A stretch of DNA of 64,000 nt from Bugula neritina. Lineage: Eukaryota > Animalia > Bryozoa. The notes under the pieces were generated by a model. That model was given only the letters and a program-made list of their open reading frames with translations. It did no database searches and was not told where the DNA came from. The stretch is from positions 7,300,889 to 7,364,888 of the forward strand of contig OZ037772.1 of assembly GCA_964035545.1 (NCBI GenBank). The letters run 5' to 3'. Positions within the stretch are counted from its first letter, which is position 1. Each line of letters begins with the position of its first letter. The position numbers and the translations under genes are program-made. Below are positions 1 to 11,845 of this stretch, in pieces.

Positions 1-404
1 TTGAAAGTAAATGCTAAAAATAAACATTAAAATATTCAACATATTTTATTGCATGGATAAATTATAATATGTTATATTATGAATATATGAAATTGATGTT
101 TATTTAGATTAAAGCGCCCATGTAAAGCTTTGTTGCTATGGTTACATAATGTTGTCATCTTGTTGAAACAACTAGCAATGCCAGTTGGCTATGAAATAAG
201 TTTGCTACCACAAGCCATTTCCTTATTTTATTGTTACTATATTATAGTACTTCTGTCTGCAATAGTAAAAATATAAAAAGCCTGAACTTTTTCTCACTAA
301 TTAATATAACAGTGAAACAATATTTTTTTCATGAAATTATTTCATTAAAGTTATAATTATTAGCTTAGATTTAGCAAATACTCTTATTATAATAAACTAT
401 AGAA

Positions 405-672
405 ATTTATTCATATATGTTACAATAGTACTATAGTAATATATTATATGTTGCAATAGCATAATAATATATATTCTACGATAGTACTATAGCAATATAT
501 TACATGCTGCAATAGCACAATAATATATATGCTACAATAGTACTATAGTAATATATTATATGTTGCGATAGCATAATAATATATATTCTACAATAGTACT
601 ATAGTAATATATTATATGTTGCAATAGTATAATAATATATATGCTACAATAGTATAGTAATATATATGCTAC
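405..672. repeat. AT-rich minisatellite (~56-57-nt compound unit)
   Basis: tacaatagtactatagtaatatattatatgttgcaatagcataataatatata repeated 4-5 times. Confidence 0.85.
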
Positions 673-1509
673 AAAAGTGAAGAGAGGTAGGAATAAGTGA
701 TGACATCATGTTCCAGTGGCCAAGCGCACCTGTTGAGCCTGTCACAGGTGGTGTCATGTTGGTGTCATAAGTACTCATACTTTTCACAGGAAAGCTTTCA
801 TTATCTGTATGCTAGAGTATTATAAGCATAGCCAGCTTGAATACTCTCAATATTAGGTTCTTACAGGGACTGTGAGGTTATGAAGGGCATTAGACATAAT
901 AGTATAACATAAGGTGCATGTAATTATGTTTCTGTTAACAACTTTAAATTGCCACCCAGGGTGTGCAAATTTCTTATTTAACTACTGAACAGAGAGAAAG
1001 GCTATAATTTATGGCTGTTGTCGGTTTCTCACCAGATGCTCAGATATTGTTCAACAGGACTGCATCCTCTAAAGTCTAAACTCCAACACCTATGCATTAG
1101 TTAAGTTTAAAGTCATGTCACCTGTTTCCAACAAAAATAATTACAGTGTATGACTGGTTTGTGAACTTTCATATTATATATATGGTTGTTTGTAGCTAAA
1201 CAGAACATATGAAAGAAAACTTTGTATTGTATAATATAATACTGAATGTATGCTGTGAGCCATTAGAAAAATCATTGGAATAGAAGATATATTAGTTTTT
1301 AGACCTTAAGGCATTACAAAAATACTACTTATAGCTGCTACAAAAATGTATAAGCAATAATAAAATGATGAATTAAAATTGACTGAGATTTGAATCCTTT
1401 GCAAAATACATAAGTACGAAAGCAAAATAAACTTCGTATAATTTCCTAAATTTTTGTAGGTTCCTATAATGGCATTTTTTAGTGTATAATAAAGGTTTAA
1501 TAAATATAA

Positions 1510-4500
1510 TTAATAACTACAGTCATGATAAACTCTATAGGTATCTCTAGTATGTTGGCCACACCCTCTCTGTAGACACAAAATCTCTTCGTAAAGTTGT
1601 ATGTGATTTGAATACAGTCCTTCCCGGGAGATGTTCTGGAGCTACAAGAAATATTACATAAAATATAATGTAACTTTTAGCTGTGGTCTAGGGGTTAGAG
1701 CGTTTGCCTAGTAAACATGAAGGTCATGGGTTCGAGCCCAGACAAAGGCCATTGGTGATGTTAGGAAGAGCATCCAGTCATAACTGCTCCTGTGCCTCAT
1801 TTAAATAAGTCCTTAGCCCGCTTTAACAAAAACCCTTTTTATCAGGGGTTTCTCACAGGGATAGTGACTATAAACTTGCGTGAGTTTTTTTATATGTAAC
1901 TTTTAGCTCTCTAAAATAAAAAAGCTCATGTTAGATTATAGCCACAATTCCTGTGAGAAACCTAATGAAAAGGGTCATTTGAGTAGGCTAAGGACTTGCT
2001 TTCTATTGTGACAAAAAAACAATTAAGACTGAATGACTGAATTCTAGATTTTATTATAAATTTATTATTTAACCAGTATTGGCCAAATTAATTGGCAGAA
2101 ATTTTTAGGTCAAACTGGAATCAGCCATAAAGTTATGAGTAAAATAATGTGTACAGTTGTCATGTTGGTTAGCACGCCTGCTTGCAAGCCCCAGGTCTCC
2201 GGTTCAATGCCCAGTGAAAGGGGGGGGGCAATTATTCTATTTGTAAGTATAGGAAGTGTTTAGTTATCTATTTGGTTATAAAATTGCACTAAATACACTA
2301 AAGTTATTAAACTATCTTTCATCGAAAATAAAAATCTTTTGAACAAAGACTATGAACTAATTTGAGAGTATTAAATCAACTGCAAGTCTTTACGGATACT
2401 TACAGAATATCCATCCTGATCACAATCTTCCGTCACTCCAAGTTGTATCAGGTTCATGATAATGTCTACACTTTGACTCAAGTAGTTAAAGGAGACATTC
2501 AAGTCACCGTACTCTGTTTCCAAGTAACACTTGTGACGCTGTAGTCTCTCTACCACACTTCCTCTTCTGCTCTGTAAGCATACAGCACAACAAAGTTTCT
2601 CATTGGCTACAACTGAATATACGGCCTATGATGTGAACTTACAATGAATTTTTTGTCAGCTCATTAAATTAGCAAAATAGTTATTCCTTAAATTACTTTA
2701 AAGAAAGATAAATTGAAGTTTGGTGGTGCATCTCATGTATTTAAAAGTATTTATATGTTGTATCAGAGGAGTTCTACAAAGGAAAATTCGTTTTAATTTT
2801 AGCAACTCTTCATATACTTAAGTTTAAAATGCTGAATATTCAGTAACATTATAATTCTTATTTTCTATACACATATCAATAATATGAACACAAATAATAC
2901 TATAACTATAATTACATAATATATGTATATTATATTATTAATTATATTATATTATGTTATTAGCAAAACACTATTTATATTATAAATTTTGTATTATAAT
3001 AGATATTATATATACTACTAAATATATTAAATATATTTCTATCAGAACATTAAATTATTATGAGCATATACAGTTTCGTTACCTGAACACTGTAGCAGTT
3101 CAAAGCTCTTGATGTACGTGATTGTGTTCCATGAACACATAACTCATTTCTCTGAAAATTATGAGAAGATAATCAGTATAGTTATAAGCCGTTTAAACTT
3201 TTAACAAACACAATATTTGCTCTAAAATCTGGCCAACTATAAAATGTTTCATGAGTTTTCTACAAATCAGATAATTGAGTTCAACTGCTTAATATAACAT
3301 TATTATACGAAGAAAAATATACACAACATGTCTATCAGGGTAGATGCTCACTAGTTTCACAGTGTTGTATTTTCACAGTCTTTCTTGTGGTGTAGTGGTT
3401 AATGAGTCTGCATGCAGGCTAGAAGTCTCTGGTTCGAATCCCGGTAAAAGCAATTTTTTTATTTGAGTTGCACTGCTAGTCCAAAACAATAATGTAACAC
3501 AGTGATAAGACTTACAGCAAAGTGGTTAGCTAAGTGTTTAATTTCCCTGTGAGCTTGAGCTAGTTCTCTGCCAGCCACTTCACCACAGAGGAAACTTGAT
3601 GCAGATCTTCTATTTCTAGAAACTTCTGTGCTATTTCTAAAATTAGCCATTACTGATTGTTTTAAACAGGAGTAAATTTTACACAGAGTCAGTTGCAAAT
3701 CCTTATATATAAAAATAGACTTGATAGTTTTCTTTACTCAATTTTTTTAATGTTTATCCTAGCTTACTGATCAAAAACTAAAGTTTAATTTTTTTCAATC
3801 TTCGTCAGCGTACCCGATACCGAAAGAGTTTCAACTTAGTCAATTTTAACTTAGTGCAGTCCTCTATGTAGCATTTTATAAATATATTTATTGCTGTTGT
3901 GCGTGAAAGAACAACTACCGTTAATAAGGCAGATTAAAATTTTAAGAATTTATTTGTAGAAAAATAAAATGATTTATTTAAAACTTATGAGTTTCATAGT
4001 CAAAAGAATAGTTTTTAAATTGGGATACTTAAGAGATGTTTTGTATGTTGTCAAAATTCAATACTTGTCATGTTAAAATAAATGTAGAAGAAACTTTTTT
4101 AACTGAAATATAGTTTTGTGGAAGCTTTAGTTACATATTGAGTTGCTATAATATAAAGTATATATAGGCTACTAAAAATATTTTATTTGGTTTGTTATAC
4201 AACTTCTTTCTTATACAGCTACTTTTAGGTTATGTAATAAATATTTGGAAATACCTGTGAGAAGTTTGAGTGTTGATAGATGCCAGTTCCACTGCTGTTA
4301 TGTAACACATGACTAGAACAAGTTTTAAATTATCTAAAACAAGATAATATTATGCAATGTAGAATAAACTATATTGAAACTTTTGTATAAATATTGTGAA
4401 CAATTTTAGCTGGGAGAAAATCAAAATTATTTTGCTCATTCTTGTTATTTTCCAAAATTAGTGACAACCTTCAAAATTGCTTTTCAATATATTATTGTAT

Positions 4501-4574
4501 AAGCAATTATCAATTCGCAATTATCCTTTGGGTTATTCGAAAAAGTTTAAAAGCATTATAAAAGACTTACCCAT
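1510..4574 (-). CDS. Secreted Cys-rich helical protein, paralog 1 (190 aa; candidate four-helix cytokine-like precursor)
   Basis: Exons 4574-4571, 4333-4255, 3636-3516, 3151-3083, 2571-2404, 1641-1510; all GT-AG; phases 1,2,0,0,0. Open frame: MDNLKLVLVMCYITAVELASINTQTSHRNSTEVSRNRR/SASSFLCGEVAGRELAQAHREIKHLANHFARNELCVHGTQSRTSRALNCYSVQSRRGSVVERLQRHKCYLETEYGDLNVSFNYLSQSVDIIMNLIQLGVTEDCDQDGYSLQNISREGLYSNHIQLYEEILCLQRGCGQHTRDTYRVYHDCSY*. The same exon structure occurs in two paralogs. Gene model is well supported; function is inference. Confidence 0.9.
1679..1891 (+). mobile_element. tRNA(Thr-AGT)-derived SINE, family 1
   Basis: A-box/B-box head (gtggtctaggggttagagcg...ctagtaaac...ggttcgagccc), ~140-bp body, T tail, TSD atgtaacttttagct. 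Confidence 0.88.
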
Positions 4575-4671
4575 AGTAAAAATGTATGTTAGTTAAATAT
4601 TAACTATATCAGACTCTCCAAGTTGTTTTCAAACTAAGATTTTGCTTTGTTAAGTCTACAGAACTTTGCAA

Positions 4672-4865
4672 CTTTATATATATGAGAGGAAAAATAAATT
4701 ATTCATAATTTTTATATAAATATTTATCATTTGTTTTTATAAAAATATTTCACTCAAGCACGATAGCACTGGATTATGTGTATTTCAGGGCAGGTTGTTA
4801 TTTCACCAGATTGCCTCACAGTCTACAGCTCTTATGTAACTGGGTCAAACTGGTGTTACCAGGAA
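4672..4865 (-). promoter_or_regulatory. Promoter of paralog 1 (TATA box and TTATGTAA block)
   Basis: TATATAAAG ~100 nt upstream of the ATG; TTATGTAA at 4832-4839; both conserved in position in paralogs 2 and 3. Confidence 0.65.
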
Positions 4866-6642
4866 ACTCTGGTTAAACGTTGAAATGTGGTTTAGCGGCT
4901 GATGAGGTCATTTGGGTTATTTGAAAATGTTGTTTTGAATTTGTTGACTTACAACTAAAATCTAATGCAAAACATTTTTTTACTAAAGGCTACGGCAAGA
5001 AAAACAATTCCATAAATGTTTAAAAGATGATGATAATTGAATAAAAAACATGGCGTAATATATTCTTTAACACGTCGCACAAACAGAAATACAAGTTTAA
5101 GTTGAGTGCAAATCATAATAATTAATGAAAGACATGTAGGTGTAAATTAGGTAAATAAATTATCATACAGAAACAACAACTCAAAACTGAAACCGATAGC
5201 TTGCAATAACTGTTCTTAAATAGCAATATTCCAAAAGTATAAGAATATTGGTATAAAACTTTGCAAAATTCTAATTTCAAGTATAACATGTATTTTTCCA
5301 TTTACATTCAAACACAATTTTCAATATTTAACTCATTAAAGTGTCGTAAACTTTGGCAGGCCGTCAGACTTTCAAATATTCCAGTTTACAGGAAGCCAAG
5401 TAGATTCTGCCAAATTTAATTGGAAGACATCCAGCTGCACTGTTTGCTAAGTTACAATAACAAATAGGTTTTATAAAACAAAAGCAGTACATTGCATTAA
5501 TCACTTCCTTTATTAACACAAAACTTATAATCAAACTGTTTTAAAAACTAGACATGACCAGGTAAAATCTTAGTACAACTACAAAACGAAGCCAAAAACT
5601 TCTGTTCGGTCAAAACAGAACACTTTTAAATTTTGTCGCTTTCAGCTGAGCTTAAAAATGCTGTTTGAACCAAGTTTCTTTTTTGAAAATTTTAAATAAA
5701 AAAAGTCTTTTATAGAAAAGAAACATTAGTTGACCATTGCATTATTACCTGGTGACAGCTGTGATAGTAGTGACAGTGAGACATCGCAACTTATACTTCA
5801 CGCTAAATAAAAAATACATTTTTCAGCAGAATAATCAATATAATCATAGAATAGTATAAGTTTTAGAGTTCAGCAAAGTAAGCTTCACTTGAAATACTAT
5901 AATCGGCACTGAGATTTAAAAAAACCTTAATTTACAGACACGTACTAAAAACAGTTTGTCATGTTTTATAATATTGATAATTACAGGGCAACTGCATAAT
6001 TTTTGTTTTATTCTAAATGCTGGCTTATAATTTAGAACCTTTCCAAAAAATTAAATACAAGACAATTATGCATCATAGATTGAAATTTTAGTCTATTGCA
6101 AGTGTAACATGTTCTATAATGCCGCTTGTAGCTTAAATGCCTCATAATTCAAAGCAGCTTTTCCTAGCATTGCTTAGCTGAATCTAGCATAAACTGTTAG
6201 AAGTAGATACAGGATTCTGATATTAGAGAGAGCAAGGCTGAATATTAATTACATTTTCCCAGAACCAATGTTGACCGCTGGAGAGAATAGTAAAGAAGCC
6301 AACAATACTGCAAGTGAATATACAGTGGTTGAGCTAGAAGCTAGACAATGTCATAATTTTTCTGTGAATAAATCATCTGTAATAGCACTGGCTGAGTTTT
6401 GTTGCAAGATTGATGCAAGCTGTCAAGGCATGAATAAATGATAAGCCTGGTAATTTCTATAAATATATTCATTTATATAAATATGATAATATATTCTGAT
6501 TATGAAAAAATTGACATTAACTTGTCTTGAAGTTGACAAAAGTTACTTCCAGAATAATCATTAACTTTGATCTTGTTGGGATAAATACATCATGGGCTTA
6601 AAATAGTTTTAATAGTTTTCATGTTTATAATATTTATATGAT

Positions 6643-6862
6643 AAAAAAACTCACGCAAGTTTATAGTCACTATCCTTAGGAGAAAACCCCTGGTGGAAAG
6701 GGTTTTTGTTAAATCGGGCTTAGGTCTTTTTAAAATGAGGCACAGGAGCAATTATGACTGGATGCTCTTCCTAACATCACCAATGACCTTTGTCTGGGCT
6801 GGAACCCATGACCTTCGTGTTTACTAGGCAAACGCTCTAACCTCTAGACCACAGCTGCTCCC
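6643..6862 (-). mobile_element. SINE family 1
   Basis: Reverse complement of 1679-1891; TSD-like tataata(t/a)ttatatgata. Confidence 0.88.
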
Positions 6863-6908
6863 TATAATAATTATATGATAATAATAATTAAAATCATTAG
6901 TTTACAAT

Positions 6909-7597
6909 CACCGGCTTTCCATGTACCGATCTCAGATCGATCTCGCTGAGATCGATCTGAGCATACCTCTCAGATCGATCGTTTTTCCATGAGAAGTGTC
7001 AGATCGATCTCACGGAGTTGCCTCCTCTTAAGTGAAGAGTACTTTAATAGTATAATTTGTTCACAAATCTGGATGATTAAAGCTGCTGAGGTTAAAAAAC
7101 AAGATTGTTGATGTCTAAAAATTAATGGTGCTTGTAAACAATACGCAACAAAGCTTTTAGTGTAAAGTAGTATAGCCAATTTAAGATAATCACTTTTAAT
7201 TTTTTAGCTCAACAGCTTAAATAAAATTAATAGCTATCTTGCAGATTATTCATAAACTTACAGGATTGTTAAGCTTGAAATTACGCAGCAAATAACTAAT
7301 GAAAGTAAGTTTTACTAGTCATTTAAATTCAATTTAAATGCTCCAATTTTTTGTAATTTCTATGGACTATAATTTTATATAATTGAGTTTTTTTAATCAT
7401 AGTACTGAAAGTCAAAGTTTTGGCATCTGAAAATGTGGCTATCGTAATTATTAAGTAATTTGCTTAGTAATTATCAATAAGTTGTCATTTTTATCAGCAG
7501 ACAACATTTTAGCGAACAGTCTTTTTCTACTTTTCAGATCGATCTGGAGTCTTTCCATGGATCGATCTCACTGAGATCGGTACATGGAAAGCCGGTG
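6909..7597. mobile_element. MITE / non-autonomous DNA transposon, copy 1
   Basis: Perfect 27-bp TIR CACCGGCTTTCCATGTACCGATCTCAG, flanked by AAT on both sides; several subterminal AGATCGATCT palindromes; no ORF. Confidence 0.92.
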
Positions 7598-9056
7598 AAT
7601 AGCTAAAGTGGTTATATTAGCTTTAATAATTAGGCTGGCTATTGTGGTAAGTATGGCTTTGTTGTGAAAACAGCAGATTTTTAATAATAAGACTAATTTG
7701 TTATTATGTAATCTTATACCATAATTCCTACATTGTGTTGTAGAAATTCAGTAGTAGTCAAACTGTGTTGTGGTTACGTAACAATATGCTATTTTATGAC
7801 AGTTGTCTAGTTCTAAAGCATGTTATATATCAGGAGAAAGCTATTTTAAGTGTATAGCTATAAATAACTATACTAGTTTCAACAGATATCTATCAAGTTT
7901 TAAGAAACTTGATATATAGGCAGGGTGTAATAGAGAAGAGCAGAAAAATTTGTTCAATTTAAATAGAGTCAAACAGCCTTATATCAGAATTTCATATAGC
8001 AATTGTTTCTTTTGTAGAGTTCCCTCATCTTTTAATTTTGGAAACTTTTAATAAATGTTACGATATTTAACCTAGGTCACTCAAAAATATCTTAATTTAT
8101 TTATCTGTTGTTTGATGTTTTACATTTTTCAACTATATGACTCTATTGAAGTTATACAAATGTAATTATATATTAGCTATCTCTAGTTTTAATACAGGCA
8201 CACAGTTTGAGTTTTAGAGTGTTGAAAATTTTTTCCCTGAAATAACTACTCAAAAGATTAAGTGATATGCACAAAAAATATTCGCATGTTTTCACAATTA
8301 TGCTGAAATGTAATAATTTATACCTTGTATCTCATGTAGTAGTCTATACTTAATAATTCATATATTTTATTGCAAAATTGTATTACAAATTGATGCATAA
8401 AATAATGTTTTACAGATGAAAATTATTGAAAAAGCAAATTTACATGCGTAAGCATATGTGTCATTGCTACATCCGAATAGTCATAATTTGAAGCTTCGTT
8501 TCCGACTTTTGTCTTGTAAACCAAAGAATTATTATTACTCAATCAATTTACTAATACATATTTTACTAGAATGGGAAACAAATGACATCAGAAAAGGAAA
8601 CAGTAAATATGCAACTGCAACATAAAGTTATTAATTTCTCAGTTCACTGCCCTGTTTGAATATATGAAATAGTCACTAAATAAATATTAAGTCATTGAAA
8701 TATGAGGAAATATGAAATATATGCATCATGCAGTTATCAATGTTGCATTACTTACAACTTTACAAGGAAATCCTGTGTTTACACAAAAGGTCTAAGTTAT
8801 TATTGCTGAGAAAGTTTTAGAGTTTTGTAATTTTATCAAATGACACATGTATAATATTGACTTACGCAGTTCATAAATGTACGGATATAAATTAATGGGC
8901 AACGATTATAAAAATTAATGCGCATGTTATAAATACATAAATACATAAATGAGCATCAGACTGTAGAAAAATGTTTGGGGTTGTCTAAGACTGCAACTTT
9001 ATACAGTATAAATTATAAACTTATAAATATACTATATATTACTATATATTATTACG

Positions 9057-9378
<322 letters not shown>

Positions 9379-9654
9379 ATATATATGTATATTTCTGGAA
9401 TATTTGTTAATGTGTTAAATTTGTTAAATCTGTTAATCTAGTAGTTATACAATTGCTGTATTATTGAGTGATAAAAATATTTGTTAAAATGACATGCGGG
9501 TACAAAATATGACGTATGCATGTACAACAGTGATTTTCTATGACTATGTTTTATATTATTATAATATATTATTATATTATGTTATTATATAGTACTATAT
9601 GATATTATTTTGTAGTGTTTTAGGCCATATACTATGGTGATGTTATTGTTGTAT

Positions 9655-9970
9655 TCAATACAATAAAATACAATACAATACACTACAATACAGCAAAGTA
9701 TAATACAATGCAATAAAATAGGCTTAAAATAAAATACAATACAATACAATACAATACAATACAATACAATACAATACAATACAATACAATACAATACAAT
9801 ACAATACAATACAATACAATACAATACAATACAATACAATACAATACAATACAATACAATACAATGCAATGCAAAGCAATGCAATACAATACAATACAAT
9901 ACCATACAATACAATACAATGCAATATAGAAAACAATAAAATACAATACAGTACCATGTATTGCATTGCA
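9655..9970. repeat. (AATAC)n pentanucleotide repeat
   Basis: Visible directly. Confidence 0.97.
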
Positions 9971-10456
9971 TTACATAAGATTGTATATATATATTAGAAA
10001 AATTAATGTGAACTCATGTAGTCACTATAATTTTATGTTAATAATATATTTTATACCCTCTGAGGACTCCTGGTGGCAAGAGTTTCTTCTAAGCAGCATG
10101 CGGAGTTGCCTTCTATTTTGGGAAAGAAGAATTTAGTACCGAATACCCTTTCTATAACATCACCACTTACCTTTATTGGAAGTTGAACCACTGACCTCTG
10201 TAACTATAAGGCAATGCTGTAATTATCATAAACAACTTGCATGCTGCTCCTTTTTGTATCTGTTATTATATATTATTATTATTTACATTTTTATTCTGTT
10301 TTGTATTTTATTAGAGAATTTTCATTGTGCTAAAGGGTGTTGTATTGTTTGTATTGAACTACTCTATTTTTATATTATATCATGTAGTATTGAATGTATG
10401 ATAAAAATGGTATGAACATCTTGAAGTATTTATGTCGTTAATTATTGCATGTGCAT

Positions 10457-11478
10457 GTTTGTTTGTTTGTTTGTTTTTATTTTGTCGTAGTAGGGGACAA
10501 AATTAATTGAGAAAAAATAAACAAAATGACAGGGCCTATGGCGCAATAGCACTGTAGCTAGTCGAGGCACCGAGCCATGAATGGTTGACAGTTATATAAG
10601 ATTTTTGTTTAGGTTTTTGGAAGTTTTTAGCAACTCAAAAAGTATTATTTTTTTATCTGGAAATTTGCCATTAAATGGTCTCTCAGGGCAAGTTTGAAAC
10701 CAGCCTCCCTCCCCACAGCACGAATAGAACTAGGCAACTTATTCCATAGCGACGAACATTGGAATTCCACTCCTCGTTGACCTGCAGCAGTTGATGATGG
10801 AGGAGTTTGTAGGCTGAACTCTGAAAATCTTGTAGGATAGTTATGTGTGAGATGTGTTAGTTGAGAATAGTAAAGTTTATGTGAGAGCAGTATTAGTTTG
10901 AATTTGTGTAGAGTGTGAATAGGCATGATTGAAGAACTAAGAAACAGTGGTTTAGATGGGGAAAGGTGATGCTTTTTATATATAATTCTCAGTATTTACT
11001 TTTGCAGTAAATGTAGTGGTTCAAGATAAATGTTTGCTGCATTACCCCACGATTCTAGGCAAAATGTTAATTTAGAATTTACAAAAGAGTTATATATTTG
11101 TGTTAGAATTTTTCTAGGTAGGTGATGGGAACATTTACTTATCAAGCCTACTAAGGGCCTTAGGTTTTGACAAAGTTTGCTGCAATGTTGTTGCCAAAAA
11201 AGAAGTGAATCTATTATAATACCTAAGAAGGTAGTTGATTTTACCTCCACTAATTTTTTGTTAAACATTTCTAAGGCAAAGCCATTTAAATCTTGTTTAT
11301 TTTGCGCTGTTTTGATTATCATATAGTTTGTTTTACTCATGTTTACAGTTAATTTATTTTTATTGCACCAATTTTCAATTTTCTTTAATTCACAGTTTAT
11401 GATGTCCATATTGTTTAATAGATTTTTTGATTCAAAGAAGAGGTTCGTATCGTCGGCAAATAATATAGGGTCTTTGTT
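10457..11478 (-). mobile_element. 5'-truncated non-LTR retrotransposon (CR1/L2-group RT C-terminus)
   Basis: Minus strand reads DPILFADDTNLFF, WCNKNKLTVNMSKT, FLGIIID, YNSFVNSKL...WG, LWNKLP; aataaa followed by an (AAAC)n tail at ~10457-10482. Confidence 0.88.
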
Positions 11479-11845
11479 AAATTTTATTACATAATAGTAT
11501 ATATTAATTAAATATTAAAACACCTTGGTTTAATCTGGATATACAATACAAAGAATCTACTGCCTCACAAAATAACCTGAACATGTTAGAACAATAATTT
11601 TAAGTAAAAGATATAATACTTTAGGTTAATATATAAAATGTATAGGAATTGCACTTTTATATGATACCAAAATAGCCAAACATAAAATTTCCCAAAAGTC
11701 TACATTTAAAAAAAACAAAAAGCATACATGCATATGTAAAAATATCGATATAATATGTTATATTTTAACTATACTAAAGAAGTTACTCTACAAATCATTG
11801 AACTGTGTAAGGATCAGCATATATGTCAATATTATTTAGATAAGA

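Noticed and set aside
780-1080. GKAFIICM and MAVVGFSPDAQILF peptides suggesting caspase or vWA exon remnants
   Set aside because: Too short, interrupted by stops, and no consistent exon chain.
1200-1509. AU-rich instability elements in the 3' UTRs of the secreted-protein genes, and scattered STAT-like TTCnnnGAA sites
   Set aside because: Expected by chance at this AT content.
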